DNA of 64,000 bases, from contig CAWJCS010000006.1 of the NCBI GenBank assembly GCA_963841435.1, forward strand, positions 1,568,001 through 1,632,000. The letters are read 5' to 3'. The translations under genes and the position numbers were made by a program. Shown in pieces: positions 50,199 through 61,968 of this stretch (its first letter is position 1; each line of letters starts with the position of its first letter). The DNA comes from an uncultured delta proteobacterium (lineage in GTDB: Bacteria > Myxococcota_A > Polyangia > Polyangiales > Polyangiaceae). The notes beneath the pieces are model-generated. The model searched no databases. It saw nothing but the letters and a program-made list of their open reading frames with translations, and had not been told where the DNA came from.

Positions 50199-51752
50199 TC
50201 ACCACGCGGCTCGCACGGCGACGCCGTAGCCGAGCCGGTTGGGATCCGAGAATCCGCGACCGGTGAAGCCGCCCGGACCCGCGACGAGGCGCGTGCGGTT
50301 GAAATCGCGCCGGAGCTCGAGCCAGGCGAGCCCTACGAGCAGGTGTGAGAGCGCGACGCCGAACGATGGTCGAACCTCGACGATGGGCACGGGCGCCTGT
50401 CCAGGTGGCAAGAGCGCCGAGTCGCCAGCACCGTAGACGACGACGGTTCCGCCCGTCGGTTGCCCCAGGGTATCGAGCGTGTGGGTCATCACGGCCGCCG
50501 GTGCTCGCAGGCCGAGCGAAAGGCCCGGCACGAGGCCGTAGCGCAGCGCGAGCGTTGCGCCGAGGAGCGCCAGGCGGTCGCTTGCGAGCCTGGCGTCACG
50601 CGGCGGTGCCAGATCGGGAAAGACCCCGGGCACGCTCCGCGTCACGAACGCCGCGTCGCGCCAGACGAGCGCCGCGCGAGCCTCGAACGCTCCGAGCCGT
50701 GCCGTGCCGACGAGCGCCGCTGCGCGTGCCGGCAAGAGCAGCGTGCTCGCCGGGTCTTCGAACGCCCGGACACGCTCGAGCAGCGTCACGCCCTCGAGGC
50801 TCGCGGCCCAGGCGCTTTGGCCACGAGGCGCGACGGAGAGCCCCGCCGTAGGATCGTCCGGCTCGAGCCCAGCGCCGAACGCGACGGGCGGCTCCGGCTC
50901 GATCGCCCCGCCACGGACGGTCGCGCGCAGCGACGCGCCGGTCGTCGTCGCGCGCGGCGGGCGTCCGGGTCCGCTGAGCCTGCCGTGCTCGAAGCGGCCC
51001 ACCGCGACGCCGAGCCCGAGGGCGCGCGTCGGAGCGAGCTCGACGCGACCGAACGCGCCGTAGCTCGTTTCCTCGACGGGGGGCCCGGCCGGCGTCGGCT
51101 CGAGGAAGGCCGCCGTCTTGAGCCCGACTTGCAGCTCGAGTCCCGGCGTTTCGAAGGCGAGGGTCGCGCTCCGCACTGGCCCGCGCGCCGACGCGTACGG
51201 TGACTCGCGTTCGGGGCCGACGGCGCCGCCCCACGCGAGCACCTCGAGCCAGCCCACCCGCTCGCGATCGCCGTCGAGGGGGAAAAGCCGCAGCACGAGG
51301 CGTGCCGAGCCCGACGAGACGAGGCCGAGCGAAGCTTCGACGTAGCTGCCGAGGTCCTCGACGAGGGGCGCCGCGGGCCCGGTGGCGAGCGAATCGAGCC
51401 GGACCTCGGCTCGCAGCGCGGCGCTCGTCTCGAGCCGCGGCACGAGGCCCGGTGCCGTGGTCTTGGTCTCGAGCGTCAACCGGTTCTCGCGTCCCGTGCG
51501 GCTCGACGCGAGGCCGGTCGCGAGGCCATCGTAGCCGCGTCAATCGCCGATGCTCGTCGCCGGCGACGGTGGGCGCGTCTCGCTGGGCGCGTGCAACACG
51601 TCGTCGTCGCCCAGGATGAACACGAGGCGGGTGCTGCCGGCTTCAGCGCGCGGCTCGGGCTCGCTTTCGCGCGCTCCGGCGCGCGCTCCAAGCAGGAGAA
51701 CGGCGAGCGCGCCCGCGGCGACGAGCGAGACCCTCGGCCTGTTGCCCTTCAC
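50199..51752 (-). pseudogene. Putative outer-membrane beta-barrel protein interrupted by an in-frame TGA at 51540-51542 (true nonsense allele or sequencing error)
   Basis: ORFs 51540..51809 and 50199..51479 share a frame; signal peptide from GTG 51752; amphipathic beta strands; ends YGVAVRAAW with a terminal aromatic. Confidence 0.6.
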
Positions 51753-53602
51753 GGCGCCTCGAAACGAAGTCGACCGTCGCGCAAGACACCGGCGCCTTCG
51801 TCGAGGCAAGGCAGGGCTGCACAGAGGGCGCGCGCGCGCTCACAGTCCCCGTCCCTGAAAGCATCGAGCGCGGCGCGAACGCACGGCGCGCCGCAATCGA
51901 GCGCACCCCCGCATGCCGGAGCTTGCTTGACCCAGTCGAGCACGGCGCTCGCGAGTCCGTCGCCGACGACTCGCCGTTCCACTTCGGGGATCGGCTCGAG
52001 CAGCCCGCTGCCGCCCTCGGCGAGGTACTCGGTCGTCGCGAGGACATAGCTCTCCTCGGGCTCGACCGGCGCGCGGCAACGCCCTTCGTGGCCCGGCTCG
52101 GCGTCGCAAATCCCCTCGAACGAGCCGCAGTCTAGGTCGTCACGGCACGCCTGGCCGGTGTCGTGCACCCACACGCGAGCGCACGTCCCCCCGGAGCACG
52201 GGCAACGCAAGCGAGCGACCGCCCCGGCGATCTGCACCTGCGTCCGACAGTCGCGGGCGGCAGCCGCGCGTGCCGCGCGTTCGAACGACGCGAGCAGGGT
52301 GCTCCCGCTCACGCGGGAAACGACGACGGGATCGGCGAACGGCAGGACGCGACCGAGCGTCTCGGGCTCGACGAGACCGGGTGGCAGGTCGAATCGCAGC
52401 GACGACGCGCCGATCACCGAAAGATCAGCGAGCGCGGCGTGGCGGACCGCCGTGGCTGCGAGGTTGCCGAGCGGTGAGTCGCCCGAGGTCACGCCGACTC
52501 GCTCGACGGCGGTGGGGGCGAACGCGACGTAGCGTCCCGGATCCGCGGCGCCGAGTGCGTCGGCATACGGCGCGAGCAGCTCGACGACGGTGGGGTCCTC
52601 GCTCACCCGGTCACTCACGGGCAAGAGCTCGAGCGTGAGCGACTCGACCTCGTAGCCGTCGAGCGCCGAGCGGTTCGACGCCGCGACGACCAGGCGCAGC
52701 CGACCGACGACTTTGCCGTACGCGCCGCTGTGCAGGACCGGCACGCGCCGGGGGTGGCAGCGGCGTGTGCGACCCCACGCGTCGACGACGCTGCCCGCCG
52801 CGCAGTCGTCAACGACGAGGGGCTCGTCGAGCGTGAGATGCTGGTGGCCGCCGAGGATGAGATCGAGGCCGCTGGTTCGTTCGGCGAGCGTCCGATCGGC
52901 GTCGAGCCCGACGTGCGTCACGGCCACGACGAGGTCAACCTCGGGGCGCAGGAGGTCGAGCGTGCTCTGGACGGCAGGCGCCGCCTCGAGCGCGACGGCG
53001 CCGAGCTCGCTCGGACGCGCTCTGAGCGCGCGCACGCTACCCGTGTTGCCGACCCCGATCACGCCCACGCGCAGCCCGCCAGCGTCGAGCACGGTGAACG
53101 GCTGGACGAGACCCGCGAGGCCCGTGGGGTCCCCGTCGGAGGCGTAGTTCGCGGCCAGCAGCGGAAACGTTGCGAGGGTCCGGTAGCGGTCGAGAACGAG
53201 GTCGGCCCCCAGGTCGAGCTCGTGGTTGCCGAGCGCCTGGGCCTCGACGCCGAGCGCATCGAAGGCCAAAAGCTCGGGCTCACCCTGGAAGGTTTGGAAC
53301 GCGAGCGACCCCTGGAACAGGTCTCCCGAATCGAGTGTGAGCACCCGCTCGGCGGCCGCGCGCTCCTCGCGCAACAGCGTGGCAAGCCGCGCGAATCCGC
53401 CGACGGAGCGCACCTCCCCCGCGGCGCCGAGGCCCCGCACGGCGTCAGTCGGGCCGATTAGCAGGCGGAACGGGAAGAGCTGTGAATGCGTGTCCGCCGT
53501 GTGCAAAATCGTGAGCTCGACGCGCGCCGGCAACGGCTCCCGTGACACGCCCGGCTCACAGGCGAGAACGGCGAGGGCTGCTAGCAAAAGGAGAGCGCGC
53601 AC
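51749..53602 (-). CDS. 5'-nucleotidase/UshA-like metallophosphoesterase lipoprotein with Cys-rich inserts
   Basis: Lipobox VLAC; HTADTH, DSGDLFQG, GNHELD, THVG, GGHQH. Confidence 0.9.
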   Translation of the reverse strand: MRALLLLAALAVLACEPGVSREPLPARVELTILHTADTHSQLFPFRLLIGPTDAVRGLGAAGEVRSVGGFARLATLLREERAAAERVLTLDSGDLFQGSLAFQTFQGEPELLAFDALGVEAQALGNHELDLGADLVLDRYRTLATFPLLAANYASDGDPTGLAGLVQPFTVLDAGGLRVGVIGVGNTGSVRALRARPSELGAVALEAAPAVQSTLDLLRPEVDLVVAVTHVGLDADRTLAERTSGLDLILGGHQHLTLDEPLVVDDCAAGSVVDAWGRTRRCHPRRVPVLHSGAYGKVVGRLRLVVAASNRSALDGYEVESLTLELLPVSDRVSEDPTVVELLAPYADALGAADPGRYVAFAPTAVERVGVTSGDSPLGNLAATAVRHAALADLSVIGASSLRFDLPPGLVEPETLGRVLPFADPVVVSRVSGSTLLASFERAARAAAARDCRTQVQIAGAVARLRCPCSGGTCARVWVHDTGQACRDDLDCGSFEGICDAEPGHEGRCRAPVEPEESYVLATTEYLAEGGSGLLEPIPEVERRVVGDGLASAVLDWVKQAPACGGALDCGAPCVRAALDAFRDGDCERARALCAALPCLDEGAGVLRDGRLRFEAP

Positions 53603-53698
53603 ACCGCCCCGTCGGACAGCCGGCAGCCGAGTTGCGGACGCCCGCCTGCACGGGCGCTCGACTCGCGACGGCCGCGCGCTCCGTGCCGGGCGCTTCGC

Positions 53699-55483
53699 TC
53701 AGCCGGACTCGGGAGCGCCCGGTAGCCCCGCGAAGCGCTCGTCGAGCAAAGCCCGCACGTCGGAGGCCGTGGCGCACGCGAGCGCCAGATCGGCCACCTC
53801 GCGCGCCTCGGCCACGGTGATGCGCTCGAGGGCCGCACGCACTTCCGGGATGGACGAAGCTTCCATGCTGAGCTCCCTGAGCCCCATGCCGATGAGCAAG
53901 ACGGCCGAGAGCGCATCGCTCGCCATGGCGCCGCACACGATGACGGGCCGCCCGTGCGCGGCCCCGGCGGCGACAACGCCCTGGATCAGCCGCAAGATGG
54001 CCGGATCGAGCGAGGAAGCCAGGTACGCCAGCGCCGGGCTCGAGCGGTCGACGGCGAGCGTGTACTGCACGAGATCGTTCGTGCCGATGCTCAAGAATTC
54101 GGCCTCGGGCGCGAATCGGTCGGCTAGGATGGCCGCCGCGGGAACCTCGACCATCATGCCGAGCGGAATGTGCGGCGCACGCGGCTGGGAGCGCGCGTCC
54201 ACCTCGGCGAGCGCCTCGGCGAACAGGTGCTTCACCTCGCGCAGCTCGCCCATCGACGTGACCATCGGCAGCATCAGCCTGAGGCTTCCGTGCGCCGACG
54301 CGCGCACGATGGCACGAAGCTGCGTCGCGAACAGATCCGGACGTGCGAGCGCCAGGCGCACGGCGCGCAAACCGAGCGCCGGGTTCATGTCGTTCGGCAG
54401 CTTCATACTCGAGGCGAACTTGTCGCCGCCGATGTCGAACGTGCGCAGCGTCACTGGGAAAGGCGCGACAGCCTCGACCACGCCCCGATACGTCTCGTAC
54501 TGCTCGTCTTCGCTCGGGAGGTCGCTGCGATTGACGTACAAAAACTCCGTCCGATAAAGGCCGATGCCGCGAGCGCCGTGCTCGAGCGCGATCGGTGCCT
54601 CACCCGGCAGCTCGATGTTGCCCTTCAGGTCCACGAGCGTGCCGCAGGCCGTGTGAGCCGGTTCGTCTCTGGGCCCGCCGCGCGCCACCTGCGTTTCGCG
54701 GAACCGCTCGGCCCGCGAGAGGGCGTCCGCGCGCGTCGCAGCGCTCGGCGCCAGCGTGACGTGCCCGCGCAGCCCGTCAACGGCAACGATGTCGCCGTCC
54801 CCCACCCGACCGAGCAGCCCCTTCACGCCGACGACGGCTGGGATCTCGAGGGCGCGCGCGAGAATCGCCGTGTGGCTCGTGCGCGTGCCGACTTCGGTCA
54901 CGATCGCGAGCACGCTCCGGCGATCGAGCGTCACCGTCTCGGCGGGCGACAGATCGTGCGCAACGAGCACGCCCGGCTCGCGCCCGCGCGGCAACAGGAT
55001 CGACTCTTTGCGACCCGCGAGCGACTGCATGATGCTCTCGCCGACGAACTCGATGTCGTGACGGCGCTCGGCGAGGTACGGATCCGCCGCCTGGCCGAGC
55101 TGTTCGGCCATCTCTTCGATCGTGGTCGAAAGCGCCCATTCTGCGCACAAAAAGTCGATGCGAACGCGCCGCTCCACCTCCGAGCGCACGGTCTCGTCCG
55201 TCACCATCGCCACGTAGGCGCCGAGGATCGAAAGCTCGGCGCGGCCGCGCCCGGCACCCTCCGAGGCGGCCTCGAGGCGCGCCGCAGCGGCCGCGACGGC
55301 GCGGTCGAAGCGCTCCATCTCGTCATCGGCTCGGGCGCCTGCGATGTGACGCCGAACGGTGCCGCTCTTGCGATCGACGATGATCGCGGGCCCCACGGCG
55401 AAGCCGGGCGATCCGGCGATGCCGTCGAGCGAAAGCTCGCTCACGTGGGAGCTTGGCTCGGTCTCATCCGGCGCTCCGGACAC
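53699..55483 (-). CDS. ptsI: PTS enzyme I
   Basis: TSHTAILAR, GIGLYRTEF, RTFDIGGDK, NPALGLRA, SIGTNDLVQY. Confidence 0.96.
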   Translation of the reverse strand: MSGAPDETEPSSHVSELSLDGIAGSPGFAVGPAIIVDRKSGTVRRHIAGARADDEMERFDRAVAAAAARLEAASEGAGRGRAELSILGAYVAMVTDETVRSEVERRVRIDFLCAEWALSTTIEEMAEQLGQAADPYLAERRHDIEFVGESIMQSLAGRKESILLPRGREPGVLVAHDLSPAETVTLDRRSVLAIVTEVGTRTSHTAILARALEIPAVVGVKGLLGRVGDGDIVAVDGLRGHVTLAPSAATRADALSRAERFRETQVARGGPRDEPAHTACGTLVDLKGNIELPGEAPIALEHGARGIGLYRTEFLYVNRSDLPSEDEQYETYRGVVEAVAPFPVTLRTFDIGGDKFASSMKLPNDMNPALGLRAVRLALARPDLFATQLRAIVRASAHGSLRLMLPMVTSMGELREVKHLFAEALAEVDARSQPRAPHIPLGMMVEVPAAAILADRFAPEAEFLSIGTNDLVQYTLAVDRSSPALAYLASSLDPAILRLIQGVVAAGAAHGRPVIVCGAMASDALSAVLLIGMGLRELSMEASSIPEVRAALERITVAEAREVADLALACATASDVRALLDERFAGLPGAPESG

Positions 55484-55758
55484 TACTCGCCCTCCCCGAA
55501 GCGATCGGCGATGAGCCGTCCGAGCTCCGTGACCGCTTCCTCGGCGCTATCTCCCGTGGCCTCGATCTCGAGCAGGCTGCCCTTCGAGCCGCAGAGCAAG
55601 AGCACCCCCATGACGCTCTTGGCGTTCGCGACCTGGCCCTCACGACCGACCGCGATCTCGCAAGGGTACTTGGAGGCGAGCTGGACGAGCTTCGTCGCGG
55701 CGCGCGCGTGAAGCCCGAGCTTGTTGACGACCTCGAAAGTCCCCCGAGCCGCGCTCAT
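55483..55758 (-). CDS. ptsH: Phosphocarrier HPr/NPr
   Basis: NKLGLHARAA, NAKSVMG. Confidence 0.95.
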   Translation of the reverse strand: MSAARGTFEVVNKLGLHARAATKLVQLASKYPCEIAVGREGQVANAKSVMGVLLLCGSKGSLLEIEATGDSAEEAVTELGRLIADRFGEGE

Positions 55759-56738
55759 GATCCGATAACTCCTCGCCTCGGACCATCCGCGTGATCGGGG
55801 TCGGCTCCGGGCCCGGTCATGTTGACGCGATCGAGGTCGCGATGCACGACATCGACGAAAAGGCCCAATCGCTCGCTCAGAGCGGCTCCTAGCTTTTCGG
55901 CAACCACGACCGAGCGGTGCCTGCCGCCCGTGCAGCCGACGGCAATCGTGAGGTAGCTCCGCCCTTCGCTCTCGAAGCGGGGCACCGTGAACTCGAGGAG
56001 CTCGGACACGAGCTCGAGGTAGCGCCCGACATCCGGGGATCCGAGCACGTAGTCCACGACGAGGGGGTCCGTGCCGGGGCGCGCCGAAAGGTCGGGGACG
56101 AAGAAGGGATTTTTGAGGAACCGCACGTCGAACACCAGAATCGGCGTCGACGGGGCTTCCGAACTTGAAACCGAACGACACGACGCGCGTGCGAATGCGC
56201 GGCGCCTTGCCCCCCGCGGGACCGAAGTGGCGCACGATGGCGCGTCGGAGCTCGTGCACGCTGAGGCTCGTCGTGTCGACGACCAGCGTGGCTCGCTCGC
56301 GCAGCGCCGCGAGCAGGTCCCGCTCGGTGGTGATGCCGTCGAGCACGGCGTGCGCGCCACCCTCGCGCCCTTCCGAGGCACTCAGCGGATGCGGACGACG
56401 CGTGCTGCTGAAGCGGCGCAGCAGCGCCTCGTCAGCGGCATCGAGGAACACCACCTGAAGCTCCGAAGCGCTCGACTGCTCGAGCGTCTCCAGAACACCC
56501 GCGGCGTCGTCCAAGAACCCACGCACACGCACGTCGATGCCGAGCGCGATGCGCCGCAACCGCGCGCCGCGGAGCGCGTCGAGCGTGTGCCTCACGACGG
56601 GAGGGGGCAGGTTGTCGACGCAAAAGAAGCCGAGATCCTCGAGCGCGTTCACCGCAGTCGATTTGCCAGCGCCGCTCACACCCGTCACCACCACCACGAG
56701 CTCCGGTTCGAGCAGAGCGGCGGAGGGGGCGCCCATCG

Positions 56739-56742
<4 letters not shown>
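55755..56742 (-). CDS. rapZ: RapZ/YvcJ P-loop protein; +1 frameshift near 56140
   Basis: TGVSGAGKS, VDNLP, SFGFKFG, then in the other frame FDVRFLKNP, GCTGGRHRSV, HRD. Confidence 0.92.
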
Positions 56743-57814
<1,072 letters not shown>

Positions 57815-57818
<4 letters not shown>

Positions 57819-58285
57819 CGGGCTTGGGCTTCGTGCGACTCGACGAGCTGGAGCGCGGCTTGAGGATTGACGCTCGCGAGCAGCTGCAGCCGCGTCTGCT
57901 CGTCGCGCAGGAGGCGCGAAATGCGCGCGAGCGTGCGCAAGTGCTCCCCGGTCGCGCGTTTGGGACCGACCACGCCGAACACGATCTCGACGGGCTCACC
58001 GTCGATGGCGTCGAACTCGATGCCGCGGGGACAGAGCAAAAGCGCGGCCGCTTGCGAGCCGGCACCGTCGAGGGCGCAATGCGGGATGGCCACGCCGTCA
58101 CCGATCCCGGTGCTCTGCAGCTTCTCCCGCTCGAGCAAGAGATGCTCGATGGTGTCGCCATCGACGCCGATTCCCGGTGACAGCATCTCCGCCAAAAGGC
58201 GGATTGCGTCGTCTTTGGTTTTCACCTGGCTCGCGTCCACGTCGACGAGAATGCGATCCGCAGTGAGGATGTTCGCCAGTTGCAT
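57815..58285 (-). CDS. ptsN: PTS EIIA-Ntr
   Basis: RE...STGIGDGVAIPH, FDAIDGEPV; rpoN operon context. Confidence 0.93.
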
Positions 58286-58315
58286 GGGTGACCAAAAGAA
58301 AAGCGGGGCTCTGAT

Positions 58316-58735
58316 TCAACCGCGGGCCTTCGCGCGAGTGTCGCGGCGGGCGGGCCCCTTGCGGGCCGAGCCGGCGGTCGCGCCCTGCTTAGCGCCTGCG
58401 GCCCGCGGCGCAACAATCGGCTCGGTGCGCAGGCTTTTACCACCGCGCCGTTTGGCCCTGGCAACGCCTTTCGCGGCGCGGATCTGTCGGTCGAGCTTGT
58501 CCATCACCCGGTCGATCGACGCGTACATGTCGTCGCTCACCTCGCGCGCCTCCACGTGCTCGCCACCACTCGAAACGTGCGCCTCGACGACGTGCTTGAG
58601 ACGATCGATCGAGAGCGTCACCTTGCCGGTGAGCGGGCTCCGCAAAAATCTCTGCAGCTTCGCGAGCTTGGAGCTTGCGTAGCGCTTGATGGCCTCGCTC
58701 GAGTCCATGTGGCGAAACGTGATGCTGATGTTCAT
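58316..58735 (-). CDS. hpf: Ribosome hibernation promoting factor
   Basis: MNISITFRHM, DMYASID...LDRQIR; directly after rpoN. Confidence 0.92.
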   Translation of the reverse strand: MNISITFRHMDSSEAIKRYASSKLAKLQRFLRSPLTGKVTLSIDRLKHVVEAHVSSGGEHVEAREVSDDMYASIDRVMDKLDRQIRAAKGVARAKRRGGKSLRTEPIVAPRAAGAKQGATAGSARKGPARRDTRAKARG

Positions 58736-58837
58736 CGGACCTCCCGAAACGTCCCGGGTCGAGACGTGTCCCCTCGAGCATACCAAAATCGCCCGATACG
58801 GGATCCCCCGCCGAGCACGCTGCTCTTCATTCGCCCC

Positions 58838-60331
58838 TCAGAAGACGCGACGGCGCTTGGACGACGCCAGGATGCCCAGCATCTCGCGGTATTTTGCGAC
58901 CGTCCGCCGTGCGATCTTGATGCCCGCGTTCTTCTCGAGCATCTCGACGATGGCCTGATCGGAGATGGGATTCGCCTTGTCTTCGTCGTCGATCAGGCGC
59001 TTGATCGCCTGTTTCACGCTCTCGCTCGCGATGTCCTCGTTGGCAACGCGCCGGATGCTCGAGTTGAAGAAGTACTTGAGCTCGAACAGCCCCTGCGGGG
59101 TGTGAATGTACTTGTTGGTCGTCACGCGCGAGATGGTCGATTCGTGCATGCCGACCGCCTCGGCGACGTCACGCAGGATCATGGGTTTGAGGTGGGCCAC
59201 GCCGCGATCGAAGAAGTCGCGCTGTTTCTCCACGATGCACTCGGCGACGCGGATGATGGTCTTGCGCCGCTGCTCGATGGCCCTGATCAGCCACTGCGCG
59301 TTGCGCAGTTTCTCGCCGACGAACTCCTTGGCGGCTGGGTCTTTGAGCAGCCGCTTCGTGAGCGACTCGTTGATGAACAGGCGCTGCATCCCGCGGTCGT
59401 TGTCGATCACGACGTAGTTGTCGCCGTCCTTGATCACGTAAACATCGGGGGTGATGCCGATCGTGCGCTCGTCCTGGTCGGAGAAATTGCGGGCCGGCCG
59501 GCTCTCGAAGTCCTGGATCAGCCGGGCGGCCTCGTACACCTCCTCGAGGGGAATGCGCATCTCGCGGGCAATGGCCTGATAGTTGTGCTTCTCGAGCTGG
59601 TGCAGGTGGCGCTCGATGATCTGGACCTCGGTATCCGTGTCGGCGAAGCCAGCGGCCTTGGCCTGCACGAGCAGGCACTCCCTTAGGTCGCGCGAGGCGA
59701 CTCCGATCGGGTCGAAGTTCTGAATCATCTCGAGCACGAGCGGCACGTCGTCGGGATGCAGCCCCGCCTCCTTGGCGAGGTCCTCGACGGTGAGGTCCGG
59801 CGTGCGGCTGCCGTCGGGCCGGTCGACGCCGATTAAGTCGAGGTAGCCGCGCTCGTCCAGGTTGCCGATGACGAGCTCGGCGAACGAGCGCTCGGCGTCG
59901 GCGAAGGCGCTCATCTGCAGCTGCCACAGGAGGTGGTCCTGAAGGCTGCGCGGCTTGGTTAGATTCGCCTCGATCGGGGGTAGGTCGTCGAAGCCCGAGC
60001 GCCCGGGCTGGGTCCCCGGCTGCTGGAGCGTGCGATTCTCGAGGAATTTTTCCCAGTCAACCTCGCGGGTTGCGCGCTCGGTCTCCTTGCGGTCGCCGTT
60101 TCGAGCGGCATCGTCGGGGATCTCGCGCGGCTGGGGCACGGACGCGTCGGACGGCTCCCCTCGCCTTCCCTCGGGAGGCTCCTCGTCCGAAAGGACCGGG
60201 TTGTTGTCGAGCTCCTTGCGGATCTCCTCGATCACTTCGAGCCGGGACAGCTGCAACAGACGAATCGCCTGCTGCAGCTGGGGCGTCATGACCAGCTGCT
60301 GGGACAGGCGGAGCTGTTGCTTGATTTCCAT
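58838..60331 (-). CDS. rpoN: RNA polymerase sigma-54 factor
   Basis: MTPQLQQAIRLLQL, HESTISR, RpoN box ARRTVAKYRE. Confidence 0.98.
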   Translation of the reverse strand: MEIKQQLRLSQQLVMTPQLQQAIRLLQLSRLEVIEEIRKELDNNPVLSDEEPPEGRRGEPSDASVPQPREIPDDAARNGDRKETERATREVDWEKFLENRTLQQPGTQPGRSGFDDLPPIEANLTKPRSLQDHLLWQLQMSAFADAERSFAELVIGNLDERGYLDLIGVDRPDGSRTPDLTVEDLAKEAGLHPDDVPLVLEMIQNFDPIGVASRDLRECLLVQAKAAGFADTDTEVQIIERHLHQLEKHNYQAIAREMRIPLEEVYEAARLIQDFESRPARNFSDQDERTIGITPDVYVIKDGDNYVVIDNDRGMQRLFINESLTKRLLKDPAAKEFVGEKLRNAQWLIRAIEQRRKTIIRVAECIVEKQRDFFDRGVAHLKPMILRDVAEAVGMHESTISRVTTNKYIHTPQGLFELKYFFNSSIRRVANEDIASESVKQAIKRLIDDEDKANPISDQAIVEMLEKNAGIKIARRTVAKYREMLGILASSKRRRVF

Positions 60332-60414
60332 CGCCGAGCCGCCCGGAGGCCTCGACCACGAGTCCCCGAGAGCGCTTCCCAGCTTACCACCCTGGTAGCA
60401 AGAAGTGCGCCCTT

Positions 60415-61866
60415 TTATCGAAGCGGGGATCTTCGTGGAGCCGGCGACGTCACCCTGCTCAAAACCAGGTAGTTTTGGGGCGTTCCCGCCAGCGGCAGCA
60501 GGCCGAGCCGCCTAAATTGCGCTAGGAAGGGGAACGCCGCGACGCGCACCTCAACACCGCGCTCGAAATGAGCACGCTCGCCGTCGGGGGGAGCGTCGCG
60601 CGTCAGGAGCACGACGCGATCGACGCCGCGGCTCTCGAGCAAGCCCTCCGGCACGCGTTTGGTGGTGTGGCCGCCGGGCAGCCTCGCCACGAGCGGGTCG
60701 GTGACCCCGGCGAGGTCGAGCACGTCCGACTGGGTCGCCGCACCAACCCACCCGACGTCGAGCGTCGCGACCGAGCGTGCGCCGGCGAGCAGAGGCCTGG
60801 CCGATCGGATGAGCATCAGGCGCTGTTCGAGAACACCGCGAGCCGGCCAGCCGACATAGGCAGCCACGACGACGCACGCGGCGACCGCCCCGCAGGCCCG
60901 GAGCACGAGCGGGCCGCGCCGGGACGCTTCCGCAAGCTCTGCGCCGGCGACGAGCGCGGTGGGCAAGACCGGCACCATCAGACGATAGAGCGCCATCCAG
61001 TCGCCGCCCACGGCCATGAGCGCCAGAAGGTGCACGGCGACCGCGAGCACCAGCAACTTGGTGGCCGCTGCGGCACGGCGCAGCGACGCCGGCGCGAGCA
61101 AGAGAAGCGGAGCCCCCGTGAAGACGAGCGCGCCGGCCGCGTAGCGCACGCCGTGCGCGAGGTCGGAGGGCTTCGCGAGCACCGCGAGCGGTGCGGGCGA
61201 GCCAAAGCACCATGTGCGCAGGATGGCGACGAGGACCGACGGCCCGAGCGCGAGCGCCACGGCGTAAACCACGCGCCCGAGCCGCTGCTTTTCATCGTCT
61301 CCCCCGGGCCAGGCTCGACCGGCCGAGAGCGTCACCGCCCAAGGGGCGAGCTCCGGCCGGAGCGCCGCCGCCACGCCCGCCGCCAGCGCGGCGCCGCGCC
61401 CGCGACCGAGCGAAAGCGACCCGAGCAGCGTGACGAGGCCGGTCTCCATCCCAGAGCTCGCCCACGCCGCGAGCGGCACCGTCACGGCCAGCACGAGTAG
61501 CGCGACGCCTCGCCCGGCCCCGCGCCGGGGGAGGCGCAGCCCGATGACCGCCGCGGCGGCGAGCCAGGCGGCGAGCCCGATGCCGCGAGCGCGTTCCAGC
61601 ATCCCGAGCGGGTCGGCGGCGCCGCCGAGCGCCAGCAAGTGCGCGTAGCCGAGCGGCGTGACGGCGTTGACGACCGGGCCGCCGAGGTTGTAGCGGTAGC
61701 CTTCGCCCGCCGCGAGGTGGCTCGCGACGCGCGCGGTGATGAGCGCGTCATCGACGGTGAAGCCACGAAACAGCCAGGCGGCCGGCAGCGCCGAAAGCAG
61801 CCCCAGCGCAGCCGCCGAAGCGTTGGATCGGCTCGCCCAGCGCTCGATGAGCGCCGTCATCCCCAT
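60415..61866 (-). CDS. Polytopic membrane protein, putative GT-C glycosyltransferase
   Basis: VDDALIT..HLAAGEG, SGMET, RPE motifs; many TM helices. Confidence 0.65.
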   Translation of the reverse strand: MGMTALIERWASRSNASAAALGLLSALPAAWLFRGFTVDDALITARVASHLAAGEGYRYNLGGPVVNAVTPLGYAHLLALGGAADPLGMLERARGIGLAAWLAAAAVIGLRLPRRGAGRGVALLVLAVTVPLAAWASSGMETGLVTLLGSLSLGRGRGAALAAGVAAALRPELAPWAVTLSAGRAWPGGDDEKQRLGRVVYAVALALGPSVLVAILRTWCFGSPAPLAVLAKPSDLAHGVRYAAGALVFTGAPLLLLAPASLRRAAAATKLLVLAVAVHLLALMAVGGDWMALYRLMVPVLPTALVAGAELAEASRRGPLVLRACGAVAACVVVAAYVGWPARGVLEQRLMLIRSARPLLAGARSVATLDVGWVGAATQSDVLDLAGVTDPLVARLPGGHTTKRVPEGLLESRGVDRVVLLTRDAPPDGERAHFERGVEVRVAAFPFLAQFRRLGLLPLAGTPQNYLVLSRVTSPAPRRSPLR

Positions 61867-61968
61867 CGGATCCCGCGGCTAGCGGGTCCGGAGCCGCCTG
61901 TCCACTCTTGCGCGATCGAGCCGCAAAACTGTCCGTGTCGGTGCGGTGTTCCTACGATGCGACTCTGC

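Noticed and set aside
51540-51542. Selenocysteine or programmed readthrough at the in-frame TGA
   Set aside because: No redox motif context and no convincing SECIS hairpin recognised; a CGA->TGA change or base-call error is simpler
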